NCBI RefSeq assembly: GCF_964355755.1
Contig: NC_092671.1
Span: 34,854,304-34,918,303, forward strand
Direction: 5' to 3'
DNA from: Antedon mediterranea
Taxonomy: Eukaryota > Animalia > Echinodermata
Length of the DNA stretch: 64,000 nt
The notes below the pieces were generated by a model. The model was not told the origin of the DNA. It worked only from the letters and a program-made list of their open reading frames with translations, and made no database searches. The position numbers and the translations under genes were made by a program. This document shows positions 24,150 through 34,739 of this stretch, one piece after another (position 1 is the stretch's first letter; each line of letters begins with the position of its first letter).

Positions 24150-25514
24150 TTAAATCTTTACCTGTTTCTTGTTAAGTTTGATAGCATTAATATAAAAATG
24201 TTCATTTTTCTCTGGGTCATCTTTTTTCTTTTGACCATCTTTTTTGTCTCGATCATCTGTTTCCTCATGATCATCTCTTTCGTCTCTATCATCTTCTTTC
24301 ACATTCATTGCCATGTAATCATACACATTTTGTGTGACCTTGTCTTCGTTGCCTATATTGTCATTAGGTCTCATGGCCATGTAATCATACACATTTTGTG
24401 TGACCGTGTCTTCGTTGCCTATAGTGTCATTAGGTCTCATGGCCATGTAATCATACACATTTTGTGTGACCGTGTCTTCGTTGCCTATAGGGTCATTAGG
24501 TCTTATGGCCATGTAATCATGCACATTTTGTGCAACCATTTCTTCGTTGCTTTTAGGGTCATCGGGCCCTGTGTTCATATCGATTGGTTGGTTGTTTATA
24601 TCTGTTACTTCAGTGATTCGTGTCATCCTCATATCGTCTCTGTCAGACATCTGGTTAGAATTTCTCTTGTACAGTAATGAGATTATTAGGAGTAATAGTA
24701 AAATAAAAATAACTGTACCTAGAGAGAGGCCAACGACCAACAACCTAGTGGGTTCGCCGAGTGTTTTGGATTGCCCTTCTATTTTTAACCTTGATGGTTC
24801 TATTTCACATGTTTTTGTGACATTCTCATTCCAAATTACCCTACATTGAAATGTAGCATTTAAATCCTGTTGTTTAACAGTGAAATCAAAGTACAGCGTG
24901 TATTCTTTGAAATTATCCTCACCGCTATAATATACTTCAATCTGAACCTGTTGTTCATTTCTCCACCATTCAATGCTCATTTTTGGATAGCCTATCATAG
25001 ATGTACAGGAAAATGCAACTTTCTGCCCGATTAAATATTTCTGAAAACTGGTAGCATCACAAATAGGATATTGCGCTGGTGGAGGATAATCAACTAACAG
25101 AACAATATTTCCGTAGGTGACTAAGTCACTATATGCACTACTGGTATGATAGGTATTACAAGTATAACAATTTCGATGAAGATATTGTCCAAGTCCTTCT
25201 TTAATCCATATTGTCAGTTCTGCTTCAGTGGAGTTGTTAACAGAGTAGGCCTGTGCTTCTTGGCTAAAGTCAGTTAGTTTGCCTTCCATATAAATTTCAC
25301 CAATACCGTGACATTTATGCCATGAAATAGTGTGTTCTGAGGTTGTAGCTCCTGTACAGTTCAGGTCAATTATATCACCTTCAGGGACACGTACGTATAC
25401 AGACTTGTACGGATTTTTTGGAGGATTAACTGTTTTTCTCGTTTGAGCTTCAGTCATTTGTAATGCAGTGAGTAAAATCATCAACACAATATTTACAATT
25501 TTGCCTCTTGCCAT
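24150..25514 (-). CDS. Single-coding-exon type-I membrane Ig-superfamily receptor (454 aa), nested antisense in a DNAJC13 intron
   Basis: Signal peptide; V-like domain (IDLNC..ISW..YTC); C2/CD80-like domain (YPPP..PIC..FSC..GYP..IEW..DLNATFQC); TM LLVVGLSLGTVIFILLLLLIISLLY followed by KR; tyrosine-motif tail. Good start context gcagtcATGG. Confidence 0.88.
   Translation of the reverse strand: MARGKIVNIVLMILLTALQMTEAQTRKTVNPPKNPYKSVYVRVPEGDIIDLNCTGATTSEHTISWHKCHGIGEIYMEGKLTDFSQEAQAYSVNNSTEAELTIWIKEGLGQYLHRNCYTCNTYHTSSAYSDLVTYGNIVLLVDYPPPAQYPICDATSFQKYLIGQKVAFSCTSMIGYPKMSIEWWRNEQQVQIEVYYSGEDNFKEYTLYFDFTVKQQDLNATFQCRVIWNENVTKTCEIEPSRLKIEGQSKTLGEPTRLLVVGLSLGTVIFILLLLLIISLLYKRNSNQMSDRDDMRMTRITEVTDINNQPIDMNTGPDDPKSNEEMVAQNVHDYMAIRPNDPIGNEDTVTQNVYDYMAMRPNDTIGNEDTVTQNVYDYMAMRPNDNIGNEDKVTQNVYDYMAMNVKEDDRDERDDHEETDDRDKKDGQKKKDDPEKNEHFYINAIKLNKKQVKI
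24305..24570 (-). repeat. 66-bp coding tandem repeat (VTQNVYDYMAMRPNDTIGNEDT), ~4 copies
   Basis: ccatgtaatca recurs every 66 bp (24311, 24377, 24443, 24509). Confidence 0.95.
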
Positions 25515-26299
25515 GACTGCAGGTTACCGTATGTTAATCTAAATTGAATTTGAAAAGCTTTTAATTACAGTATTATAAATATTTCTTTAAATGGAATAGT
25601 TTTTTTTTAAATATATTCTGCAAATATACTTCTGAAATACACCATTGGTTTGTAGAATTTTGTTGGTCTTTATTTCCTTCCTTACTCTGATGATAAATTG
25701 ATTATTTTATCATAAGGAACACCTTTTTCTGAGTAATTTTCAACAAGACAAGGCCATATACATGGCTGCAGTCGCGTGCTCAAGTTAGTGTTTACCGACC
25801 GAACAACATAGAGAGCTGCGTTGCATGCGACTAAAAATACTGTAAACTTTGTAACAGTTTTTAATCAGTTCAGTTAATTAATATGTTTTCCTCTTAAATA
25901 TACATATATGAATGTAATCATGTGTTACCCAGCTTTACCCATTGCTGCATACTAATATACGCCCGGTAAATCAAGTAAAATAAGTCTTAGTTTATGTATA
26001 GCATCGTGGGTTTGTCTTGTGAATGGAATTGCCACCATTAAGAAGGATAGTGAATGAATTCACTTGTGGTTATCCTTGGTAATTTGCCTGAAATGTGAAT
26101 AAAAAAAAATAAATAAAAAAAAAATAAATAATGTTTTTATGATATGAATTACTACAAAATACATGTTATTAAGTAGTACATGTAAAGGTGTAAATAAAGA
26201 ATATTCACTGTAAAGCAATATTAAATTTGGGTATCTTGTTTATTATTAATACTTGCAGTGTGATGAAAAATAAACTAAGTTTTGTGTTTTTTAATATAG

Positions 26300-26399
26300 A
26301 TCCAGCAATTACTAGACAAATCAGATGTATGGGCAGCCTACAAGGACCAAAAACATGATCTCTTCATTTCAGAATCAGCTGTATCTGGTTATTTAACAG
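26300..26399 (+). CDS. DNAJC13: DNAJC13 penultimate exon ([33 protein letters not shown])
   Basis: Conserved motif; GT-AG. Confidence 0.94.
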
Positions 26400-26724
26400 G
26401 TAACAAACTAAACTGATTTGGCATCTCTTGTACACCATACTCACCTAATGTATTCTATATTTTTTCTTTGATAAATTTATATGAGCTTTTTATGACTTTT
26501 TCCTTTAATACTTTTTATATTTTGTTGTTTATATTTGTATGGACGCACCATCCTTACACTCAGTAGAGCGGGGCCATTTAAACATTTTTAGTTCATAACT
26601 AAATTCATTTTGTTTTATTAAAATAACATTAACAGATTTCATATTTATTTTAGTAGTCTACCACAATTATTAATGTAAAGCATTATTTTTTTTGTATGAA
26701 TTTATTTTATTTTGGATGTAAATT

Positions 26725-26905
26725 CCGTTTCTCTTTGGAATGCGTTGCCTATTGACATCCGTCAGGCAACTTCCTCCAGTGTCTTCAAATCTCTCCTCAA
26801 AACCCACCTTTTGAATTTTTATTTTCTAAATTGTTCTGTCTTTGTAAAGTGCATTGAGGCTTTCAGCATAATGCGCTATATCAAGTACCAATTATTATTA
26901 TTATT
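26725..26905 (+). mobile_element. L2/CR1-group LINE 3'-end fragment
   Basis: LWNALPIDIRQATSSSVFKSLLKTHL and a (tta)n tail. Confidence 0.75.
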
Positions 26906-26997
26906 TTTAATATTTAATTCACTTCTGGTTTGTGCTTGTACATGTTTCCTAAGTTGATAACGTTTTAAATTTCTCAATCTTCTTTTTTCACCACTAG

Positions 26998-27092
26998 GCC
27001 CTGGAGTTGCAGGCTACCTCACCCAAGGTCCGACCCAAGTATCAAGTAAACCACCACCAATGGACACAAGTCAAGATGAAATCCAAAGCTAA
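26998..27092 (+). CDS. DNAJC13: DNAJC13 last coding exon (GPGVAGYLTQG...PPPMD...IQS*)
   Basis: Conserved C-terminus; TAA at 27090-27092. Confidence 0.93.
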
Positions 27093-29199
27093 GTCCACCT
27101 GCAATATGCAAATTAGTATAATTTTTAGTTGTGTTTGAATGGAAACTTTGATAGTTATTTGGAAACTATTTATTGTAAACATAAATAGTAGGGTTTTGCA
27201 AATACTAAAATAGAAGAATCACATTTAGGAAAAATCAACTAAGATATTAAACTATTATTTATCTGTTTTTATTTGTGAAACATTTCTTCAGTGCTAAATA
27301 CTTGTAATAATTAAAAAAAACATATTAGTTATTTCCTTTTCAGAAATCACATTGTGTAACGCAAACCTTGTTTGTTAATTCACCATGTAAACATTTAAAA
27401 AATAGTAAATTGTTATTTCTATACAACTTTAAATAGCAATTTTTAAACTAGTTTAAACCTGAACAAAACACAAATGGAATTGATAAAGGTTTCATATACC
27501 GTACATTCTTCTTAATTAAATAATGTTATACTTTTCATATAATATGTATTCAAAAGAAGAGATCTGAACGAGTATTGAATATTAATATAAAAAAATATTA
27601 TAACTTTAGGTGAAAATATTCATCCAGTTTGTAGATTCAGTTATTGAATCTACAAACTATTAAGAAACCGAAGAAACATCTTGACTCGTCGGTGCTGTCT
27701 GAGTTTAATATATCTTGAAATAGTGTCCGGCGTAGTTTTTAGGTCATTGGGAGAACTTTAAACATGTTTAATTTTCACCTGATGAGACGAGTCCTCGGGC
27801 GGGCCTCATCATACGACGCTGTCTGAGTTGGTCTTTACTGATTTTACTGACATTCTTGACGATGTTGGTGAGTTGAGGCCTATCCGATTAAAGTGGTTGG
27901 CTTAACAGTAACTATTGAAATTTTATTCTTAACGATGTGCTTAATTATTTTACTGAAATTCTAATCTTAATTGGACGTTATCATTATAGGAATCGATAAA
28001 TTGTTGCATCCTTTCAATAGATAGCTTTTCGTTCATGAACAATCTAGGAACTAGTTACTTCATGTTTGTGTACGTGTGCATGCAAGGACATTGGGATGTG
28101 GTTCTTCACTTCTTTGAAACAGTGGTTTATAGGTCAAGGAGACAACCAGCCACACATCACTGCATAGGTCGTAGGTCATTGCAATTTAATGCTCCTTATT
28201 CTCCAGTTTCCTGGTTTAATATTTGGAATTTCAATAAACGTACTATACACATATTTAATAAAATATTAACATTACTTTAAAATTATAAACTGGAAGAAAA
28301 TTGAGTATCCAACATTTTGAAACTATGACCTAATAATTTATGTTTGCAAATGAGAAATGTAGTTATTATGTTCTATAGAAGCTAACATTCCATCGTGATT
28401 TAGTGGTAAAGTTTTTATTCAAATCTAGCATCAAAACTCATTGCAGATTTACATTAGTTACATTATGTAAATTAGTATGCTGATTTGTATGCAAATGTGT
28501 ATCATAATTTCTATGCTATATATAGTATCACAACGCCCTTATATCTCGTCTGTATAGATTTTACTGATATAAATCATACTTATGCAAATTAGTATGTTAA
28601 TGACTATACAAATCAGTTAACTAACCTGTAAATTATACTAATGAGACGATGTTTCAATGTTAAAATTAATAATCATGTGACCTAGTATAAACACAATTTT
28701 TTGTGGAAAATTTTAAGATAGATTTTATGTAAACAGTAAATTCTCTAATAAAAACACAACATAATTATGTACATTATTATTTTGTATATTCAAAGCAATT
28801 GAAATTATATTTTTGAGCACCTATAAACAATTATATGTTAATAATTATAATGGATGTGTATCTATATCTAGTCTATCATTTGTTAATTTATGTTTTATTG
28901 ACTAAATAGTATATTGTTGTTATTATAATTATATCTGAGTTTTTTGTTGTTATTGATTCAGTAGCCTTCATTTTAGTGTTTTTATGGATTTATTTGTCAA
29001 TTTTAAGCATAAGGATAAACTTTAAAATATATCCTATATGACCATAATACTAGTTCTTCAATTTTGCCAGGGAGTTTTAATTATTGGCTATTCAAAGTCA
29101 AACAGCAACATGTATTGTTGTGTATGTTTTTTATTTAGCCAATCAAAATTATAATAATAATAATAATTCATTAAAAAGATTCATTCGGTTGGTATTGGA

Positions 29200-29309
29200 A
29201 ATAAATTATAATAGTTAATTATATCTCAACCGTAATAGTAGTAGCAAATAACGATTATTATTTGCTACTACTATTACGGTTGAGATATAATTAACTATTA
29301 TAATTTATT
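29200..29309. repeat. Perfect ~52-bp-arm inverted repeat with a ~6-nt loop
   Basis: aataaattataatagttaattatatctcaaccgtaatagtagtagcaaataa / reverse complement. Confidence 0.9.
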
Positions 29310-30397
29310 AATAATAATAATAATAATCGGTTACTGCCCTAGATACAAAAATACACATACCAAATTATTTTTCTGTCCACCATATAGATAAAAATAATAG
29401 CATGTAACTAATTTTTCTTTCTAGGCAATTGAGCATGTTATGTTCTTTTTAAAAAATACTAAATTAACAGCTTATCATTAATAAAATGAATGTGAATCAA
29501 AAGTTTTAAGAAAACAATGTTTGTTTAAAGGTTCTTGTATTTTTGAGTAAAAAATAAATTAATAGACAACAGAAGGAATAATGTTTAACATTGTCAATAG
29601 TACCTTTCTATTGACTATGGTTTAGAATCAGTCGTGTGAGATAAGATAGTTGGAGGAAGAGGAGGTTGTACTATGGTTATAGCAATGTTTTCTAACAAAA
29701 GTGTTCCTAAAACTGAACAAACTATATCTGTTAAAATTAACTCAATGCCATAATCATCTCCGGTATTAAAAATCATCTGATATTTATTATGAAATCTCAA
29801 TTTTTATTTCATTATTATATGCTGAATTTATTATTTTTCCTTTTTTGTTTACATATAAGTATATAGCAATTTATATAGTAGTGTAAATTGTAGTTTAAAA
29901 TATATTGTGTTTATTATTGATATAGATAAATGTCACATAAGAATAACATATTTTATACAGATTCACAAATAATGGTATAGTCCTATTTTTAATGATGTTA
30001 AAAATGTTATGTTTGGTTTTTTGTTATATGGTATGACATTACTAAATGTCTTCCAATATTTGCTTGATAAATGGAAGTACTAGATAGATTATAAATTAGA
30101 TAGATTACTCTTATTAATTGTATTGATAAAGAAGACAATATGACATGCTATATCATGTGTATATAATGTATAATTTTGAAAATTAAAATATAAAGAAAGC
30201 CATGTCACCATTAATTCATAATTTTTATGAATAAAACATATTGTATGCCAATTGATTGTATAAATATATGTTTGATTCATTGTTTTGATGATTTTTTTTT
30301 GCTCATTTTTTCTTTTATTTGTCCAAAATATTTGCCCTCGGAGCTTTTAACCACTTTTCTATGAATCTCAATACTGCACCTTTTCTATAGATGATCA

Positions 30398-30860
30398 TTA
30401 AGCCCTGATCCTGTTCATCATCCCTTAAGCCCTGACCCTCTTTCTCATCCCATTAAGCCCTGAACCTCTTTCTTAATCCCTTTAAGCACTGATACTCTCT
30501 TTGTCATCCCCTTAAGCCCTGATCCTTATCCTCTGAAACCCTGATTATCATCCTCTTAAGCCCTGATCCTCTTCCACTGAAGCCCTTATCCTTATTCTCT
30601 TAAACCCTGATCATCATCCTCTTAAGCCCTGATCCTCTTCCACTGAAGCCCTGATCCTCTTCCTCCTAAGCCCTCATCCTTATCCTCTTAAACCCTGATC
30701 CTCATCCTCTTAAGCCCTAATCCTCTTCCACTGAAGCCCTGATCCTCATCCTCTTAAGCCCTGATCCTCTTCCACTGAAGCCCTGATCCTGATCTTCTTA
30801 AGCCCTGATCCCATCCTCTTAAACCCTGATCATCTTCCCTTTAAACCCTTATTATCCTAC
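30398..30860 (+). repeat. ~20-21-bp minisatellite (aagccctgatcctcttccactg-like)
   Basis: More than 20 degenerate copies. Confidence 0.9.
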
Positions 30861-32502
30861 TCATCACCTGTTTTTTTTTTCTTTTATTTTAAAGACATAG
30901 GTTTGTCCAGCTCATACAAGACTATATATGAGATAAACTAATGAAGAGAGACTCGAAGCTGTGCCAATTATATTGGTATATGTTGTGTTGTCTGCCTTTA
31001 ATAATAAGTACAAGACAATTGGGCTATATGATATTATTTGAAGCACAGGTCCTGCAACCAGAGTATTTTTTCTCCGGAATGAGAAGTTTCTTCGAGAAGT
31101 ACTGCATAATTTCCATTTCTAATTTTCCATTTTGAATTTAACGATGGTAACAATTTAGTTCTAGTACATGCCTTAATAGTAGATTTAGGTTACTCAATTG
31201 GAGTCCTCTAAAAAAGATACCAAAACATTTTCATGTAAGCCTATTTTATTTGCAGATTATTCAAAAGCTATTTTCAGGGGTTTTTTTGCAGAATATTCAT
31301 GAGGCATTTCCTCAGACTTCCAGGTCCGTGTAAGTAATAATATCTAAGTTTGTATGAAATAAACACACATCTCAATGATTAGCCTCCATTTCTTGTTTTT
31401 TACTGCAAAAATCTCCAAATGCAAAGATTCATCAGATTAATTATGGTATGATGCGAAAGAAGTATACAGTTTTTGTCATTGCGATCGAAGAAATGTCCTG
31501 ACCATTGCATTGATCATAATATTATGTTGTTTAAACATTTGCACGTCGAAGAAATGCTAATAAGGTCATGGTTTGCGGTATAGCATGTAATTCCTAATAA
31601 GGAAATAAATTCTTAACTTCACCTTTTTAGGAATTAAATTGTATTTGGTTTTTACTATGACGCAATTCAAGGACGTAAAGTGCAATGCAAGTAATTTGAC
31701 CAATCATAAGCAATGGATTATACAAACTTTGGTTTGTCATTGGTCAACATGCTTGCTTTGCACGTATGTGTAAGTCTGCATACGTTGTCTCTTAATAAAT
31801 CATGTTTTTCAGATGATCTGTCAATACATTCAAGTAGTCCAAAACCAAACACGTTAATAGTTTGATTTTTCTGTTGAACTCCATTTTGCTCACTAACATG
31901 AAAAATCTGTATATGAGTGATAAAGGAAGATAAAATTTACACACAGTACGTATTTGCTACTTAATTGCTTTATGTTTATTTTGGTTTACGAAATGTCCAT
32001 AGAAATGTCCATAGAAATAGCAGAACAAAGTATTTACAATATGCAATCAATATTTTTAGTGGTTAAACAAATTTATAACATTTTTTTTTCTTATATTTTT
32101 ACTTTTTGTATAATATTGTGCTTATAGTTTAAATTAATTTCACCATTCCATAATTTAATTAGTATAAAACTATAATGAGATTGAAGCCATGATTCGTTAA
32201 TATTCCTGATCACAATAAAATTACACTCTATTTTGTTTAAAAATAAATTTTTAATAAATAAAATAGATCATACAGTATATCATGTAGTTGAACAACCAGC
32301 TACTAGCATGCCTAGATAAAGTCTACAATTGCCAGTGGCCATCAGTGGTATCAATCAATAGAAAGAGCATACAAATTGTATTAAACAATAGGCAATCAAT
32401 AATTTCATAATTACAGTATTTTATATACAAACAGTTTTAAATTTCGAGAGAAATGCTAATAAAAATGATTATGGTTTGCAGTGAAACATGTAATTCCTAA
32501 TA

Positions 32503-33175
32503 CGTCGTGAGGTGGTTTCCCGAATGATCGTAAAATCAAAACGGTACTGGTTATGACCAATTAGACAATTCTTGTCACCAACTAGTCATCCGTTCATAGA
32601 AGTACTGATGTAGTAGCCTACCTGTACGGTGACCATAGAATGTGACCCGAGACATGACTAACTACGACTTTTAGATGATAGAAAGTTGAGAAAAAATTTG
32701 TTACGAGTAGTTGTACGATATGAAGATGTTGATTACAATATGTTAAAGATGTAAAACATACTACACTAGGCGTATAAACAGTAATGTTTGTTTGTAAAAA
32801 CAATTTTATGTTAAAAGATATAAGGAAGAAAAGCAAAGAGATTGTGGAGCGGCTGTACCTGAATATACAATACAAGTATTGTAAGGTTAAAAACTAGAAA
32901 TTTAGCCGATCTTGTCAAAGGTCAAGCGCCTTCAGCCTGCCACGTTTCGATATTCGATATTGAACTTGACCTGACATGGTTCCACAATAATTTTATGTTA
33001 AAAGATATAAGGAAGAAAAGCAAAGAGATTGTGGAGCGGCTGTACCTGAATATACAATACAAGTATTGTAAGGTTAAAAACTAGAAATTTAGCTGATCTT
33101 GTCAAAGGTCAAGCGCCTTCAGCCTGCCACGTTTCGATATTCGATATTGAACTTGACCTGACGTGGTTCCACAAT
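32503..33175. mobile_element. Insertion resembling a solo LTR, containing a near-perfect 187-bp tandem duplication (32802-33175)
   Basis: Termini cgtcgtga (degenerate TG) ... ccaca; interrupts a block homologous to DNAJC13 intron sequence; TSD not clean. The duplication itself is certain. Confidence 0.4.
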
Positions 33176-33962
33176 ATCTTTATATGAAAAATTTGTAGAG
33201 TGGATAGAAAATTATTAAAAGGTTATTGTTAAACTGTTTTTAATATACGTTATTCGTTTTAATGTTAAACTATGTTTTTTTCATACCAAGCCTACCACAC
33301 CCTTAAAAAATAGTGAATAATTCAGGTCTTTTGTCCAAAGACTCAAAAAGGTGTTCAGAACAAAACATTCTTTAAAAACCAGAATTCTTCTAATCCTACT
33401 TCTTTCTACAAAATGTCTAGAAAATTAAACTGAATTATGGGATATGTTCAAGATGTCAAATTGTGTCAAAGCTAATCAGAGACTTTTTTTGTCTACCATT
33501 CTTTTGTCTATTCTATGTGTGGTAGGGAAAAGAGGAAACAACATAATCATCTTAATTAATTAAAAAAAATATAATATTATTTAATTAAATCTAAGCTTTA
33601 AGCAAACATACATATACAAAATACACAAGATGATACACGATTTAGGCACTTTTTAAAGACTAACACACAGATATACCCACCTATAGTCATCATCGGTTAG
33701 ATGGAGAGCAAAAGAAGAAGATATGTTTTTTCAGTTTCAAAAGGCAAATACATAGCCAAAAAATGTTGTTATTGTTTTTAAGCGTAGGCTAGGCTAGGCT
33801 AGGCTAGTCCTACTATAACAAAGTTCAGAATAAAAAAAAAACAATATTAATCACTATAAGCTTGGATGTTGTCAAATGATTCATGTGAAGTTAGGCTTCA
33901 CTACTAAGTAGTAGTATATCATGCAAGCTTATTGTTTATTGAACACCGTACACATATTCTGT

Positions 33963-34739
33963 TCACATTATTTTAACAACCTCATACACATCTTCGATCA
34001 TTTTTTTGTTGCCTTTAGCGGTTGGTTTGTTGTATATGTCTGTTACTTCAGTGATTACTGTCATCTTTTGATCATCTTTGTTTGTCATCTGGTTTGAAGG
34101 ATTTCTCTTGTACAGTAATGAGATTATTAGGAGTAATAGTAGAATAATAATAACTGCACCTAGGGACAGTCCAATGACCAAGGTCCTTGTCGTTTCAATG
34201 CACGGGGTCTCTGATGTTGTAATTGTTGTCTCTGGTGTTGAGGTCATACTCTTCGGTGTTGTGGTCACTGTCTCTAATGTTGCGCTCCATGTCTTTGTTG
34301 ATGCTGCTGTTGTAAAATATAATTGTTTATTAATATGTTTCAGCACTCTGCATTTTTTCCTATGCAACTTTTCTTTATAATACAACTTACATATGAGGTC
34401 AATTTCATCACCTTCACGGTGTTTAGTTGGCAGTTGACATGTTATGGTCCCATCCTTTGCTGCTGTTGTCAACTGTGATTTTTCAGTTTGTTCCTTTATT
34501 GTGCCGCATGTGTTGACATCCTCTTTCCAAGAAATATATTCAGATTGGTATGATCTCATTTCGTCATTATCCCAAATACATCTGAGATAAATGGTATGAC
34601 CTTCATAAGTACATACAATAGGCCTAGTATTACCAGATTTATAATTCCATTCTTTTTCAGATATTGTTTGAGTCATTTTCAGTACATTTGCAATGAGTGA
34701 AGTTATCCACAAAATATTTACAACTTTGCCTCTCGCCAT
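33963..34739 (-). CDS. Single-coding-exon type-I membrane protein (258 aa), paralog of the nested Ig receptor: degenerate Ig-like ectodomain, Thr-rich stalk, TM, short tail ending DVYEVV
   Basis: Same start (cctgcagtcATGGCRAGAGGCAAA; MARGKxVNI); 40-nt identical TM/juxtamembrane DNA (24661-24700 = 34102-34141); AATAAA on - strand ~23 nt after the stop. Confidence 0.8.
   Translation of the reverse strand: MARGKVVNILWITSLIANVLKMTQTISEKEWNYKSGNTRPIVCTYEGHTIYLRCIWDNDEMRSYQSEYISWKEDVNTCGTIKEQTEKSQLTTAAKDGTITCQLPTKHREGDEIDLICKLYYKEKLHRKKCRVLKHINKQLYFTTAASTKTWSATLETVTTTPKSMTSTPETTITTSETPCIETTRTLVIGLSLGAVIIILLLLLIISLLYKRNPSNQMTNKDDQKMTVITEVTDIYNKPTAKGNKKMIEDVYEVVKIM

Larger units (their letters stand above)
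59..27092 (+). other. DNAJC13: DNAJC13 / RME-8 gene, 3' part (28 coding exons visible; 5' part lies upstream of the window)
   Basis: Spliced exons keep one reading frame and match recalled vertebrate DNAJC13 throughout ([34 protein letters not shown]-domain, [19 protein letters not shown]). Introns are GT-AG except one GC-AG. Confidence 0.97.

Noticed and set aside
24198-24849. Plus-strand hydrophobic repetitive ORFs (159 aa and 100 aa), and similarly 34078-34380
   Set aside because: Antisense shadows of the receptor CDS and its 66-bp repeat.
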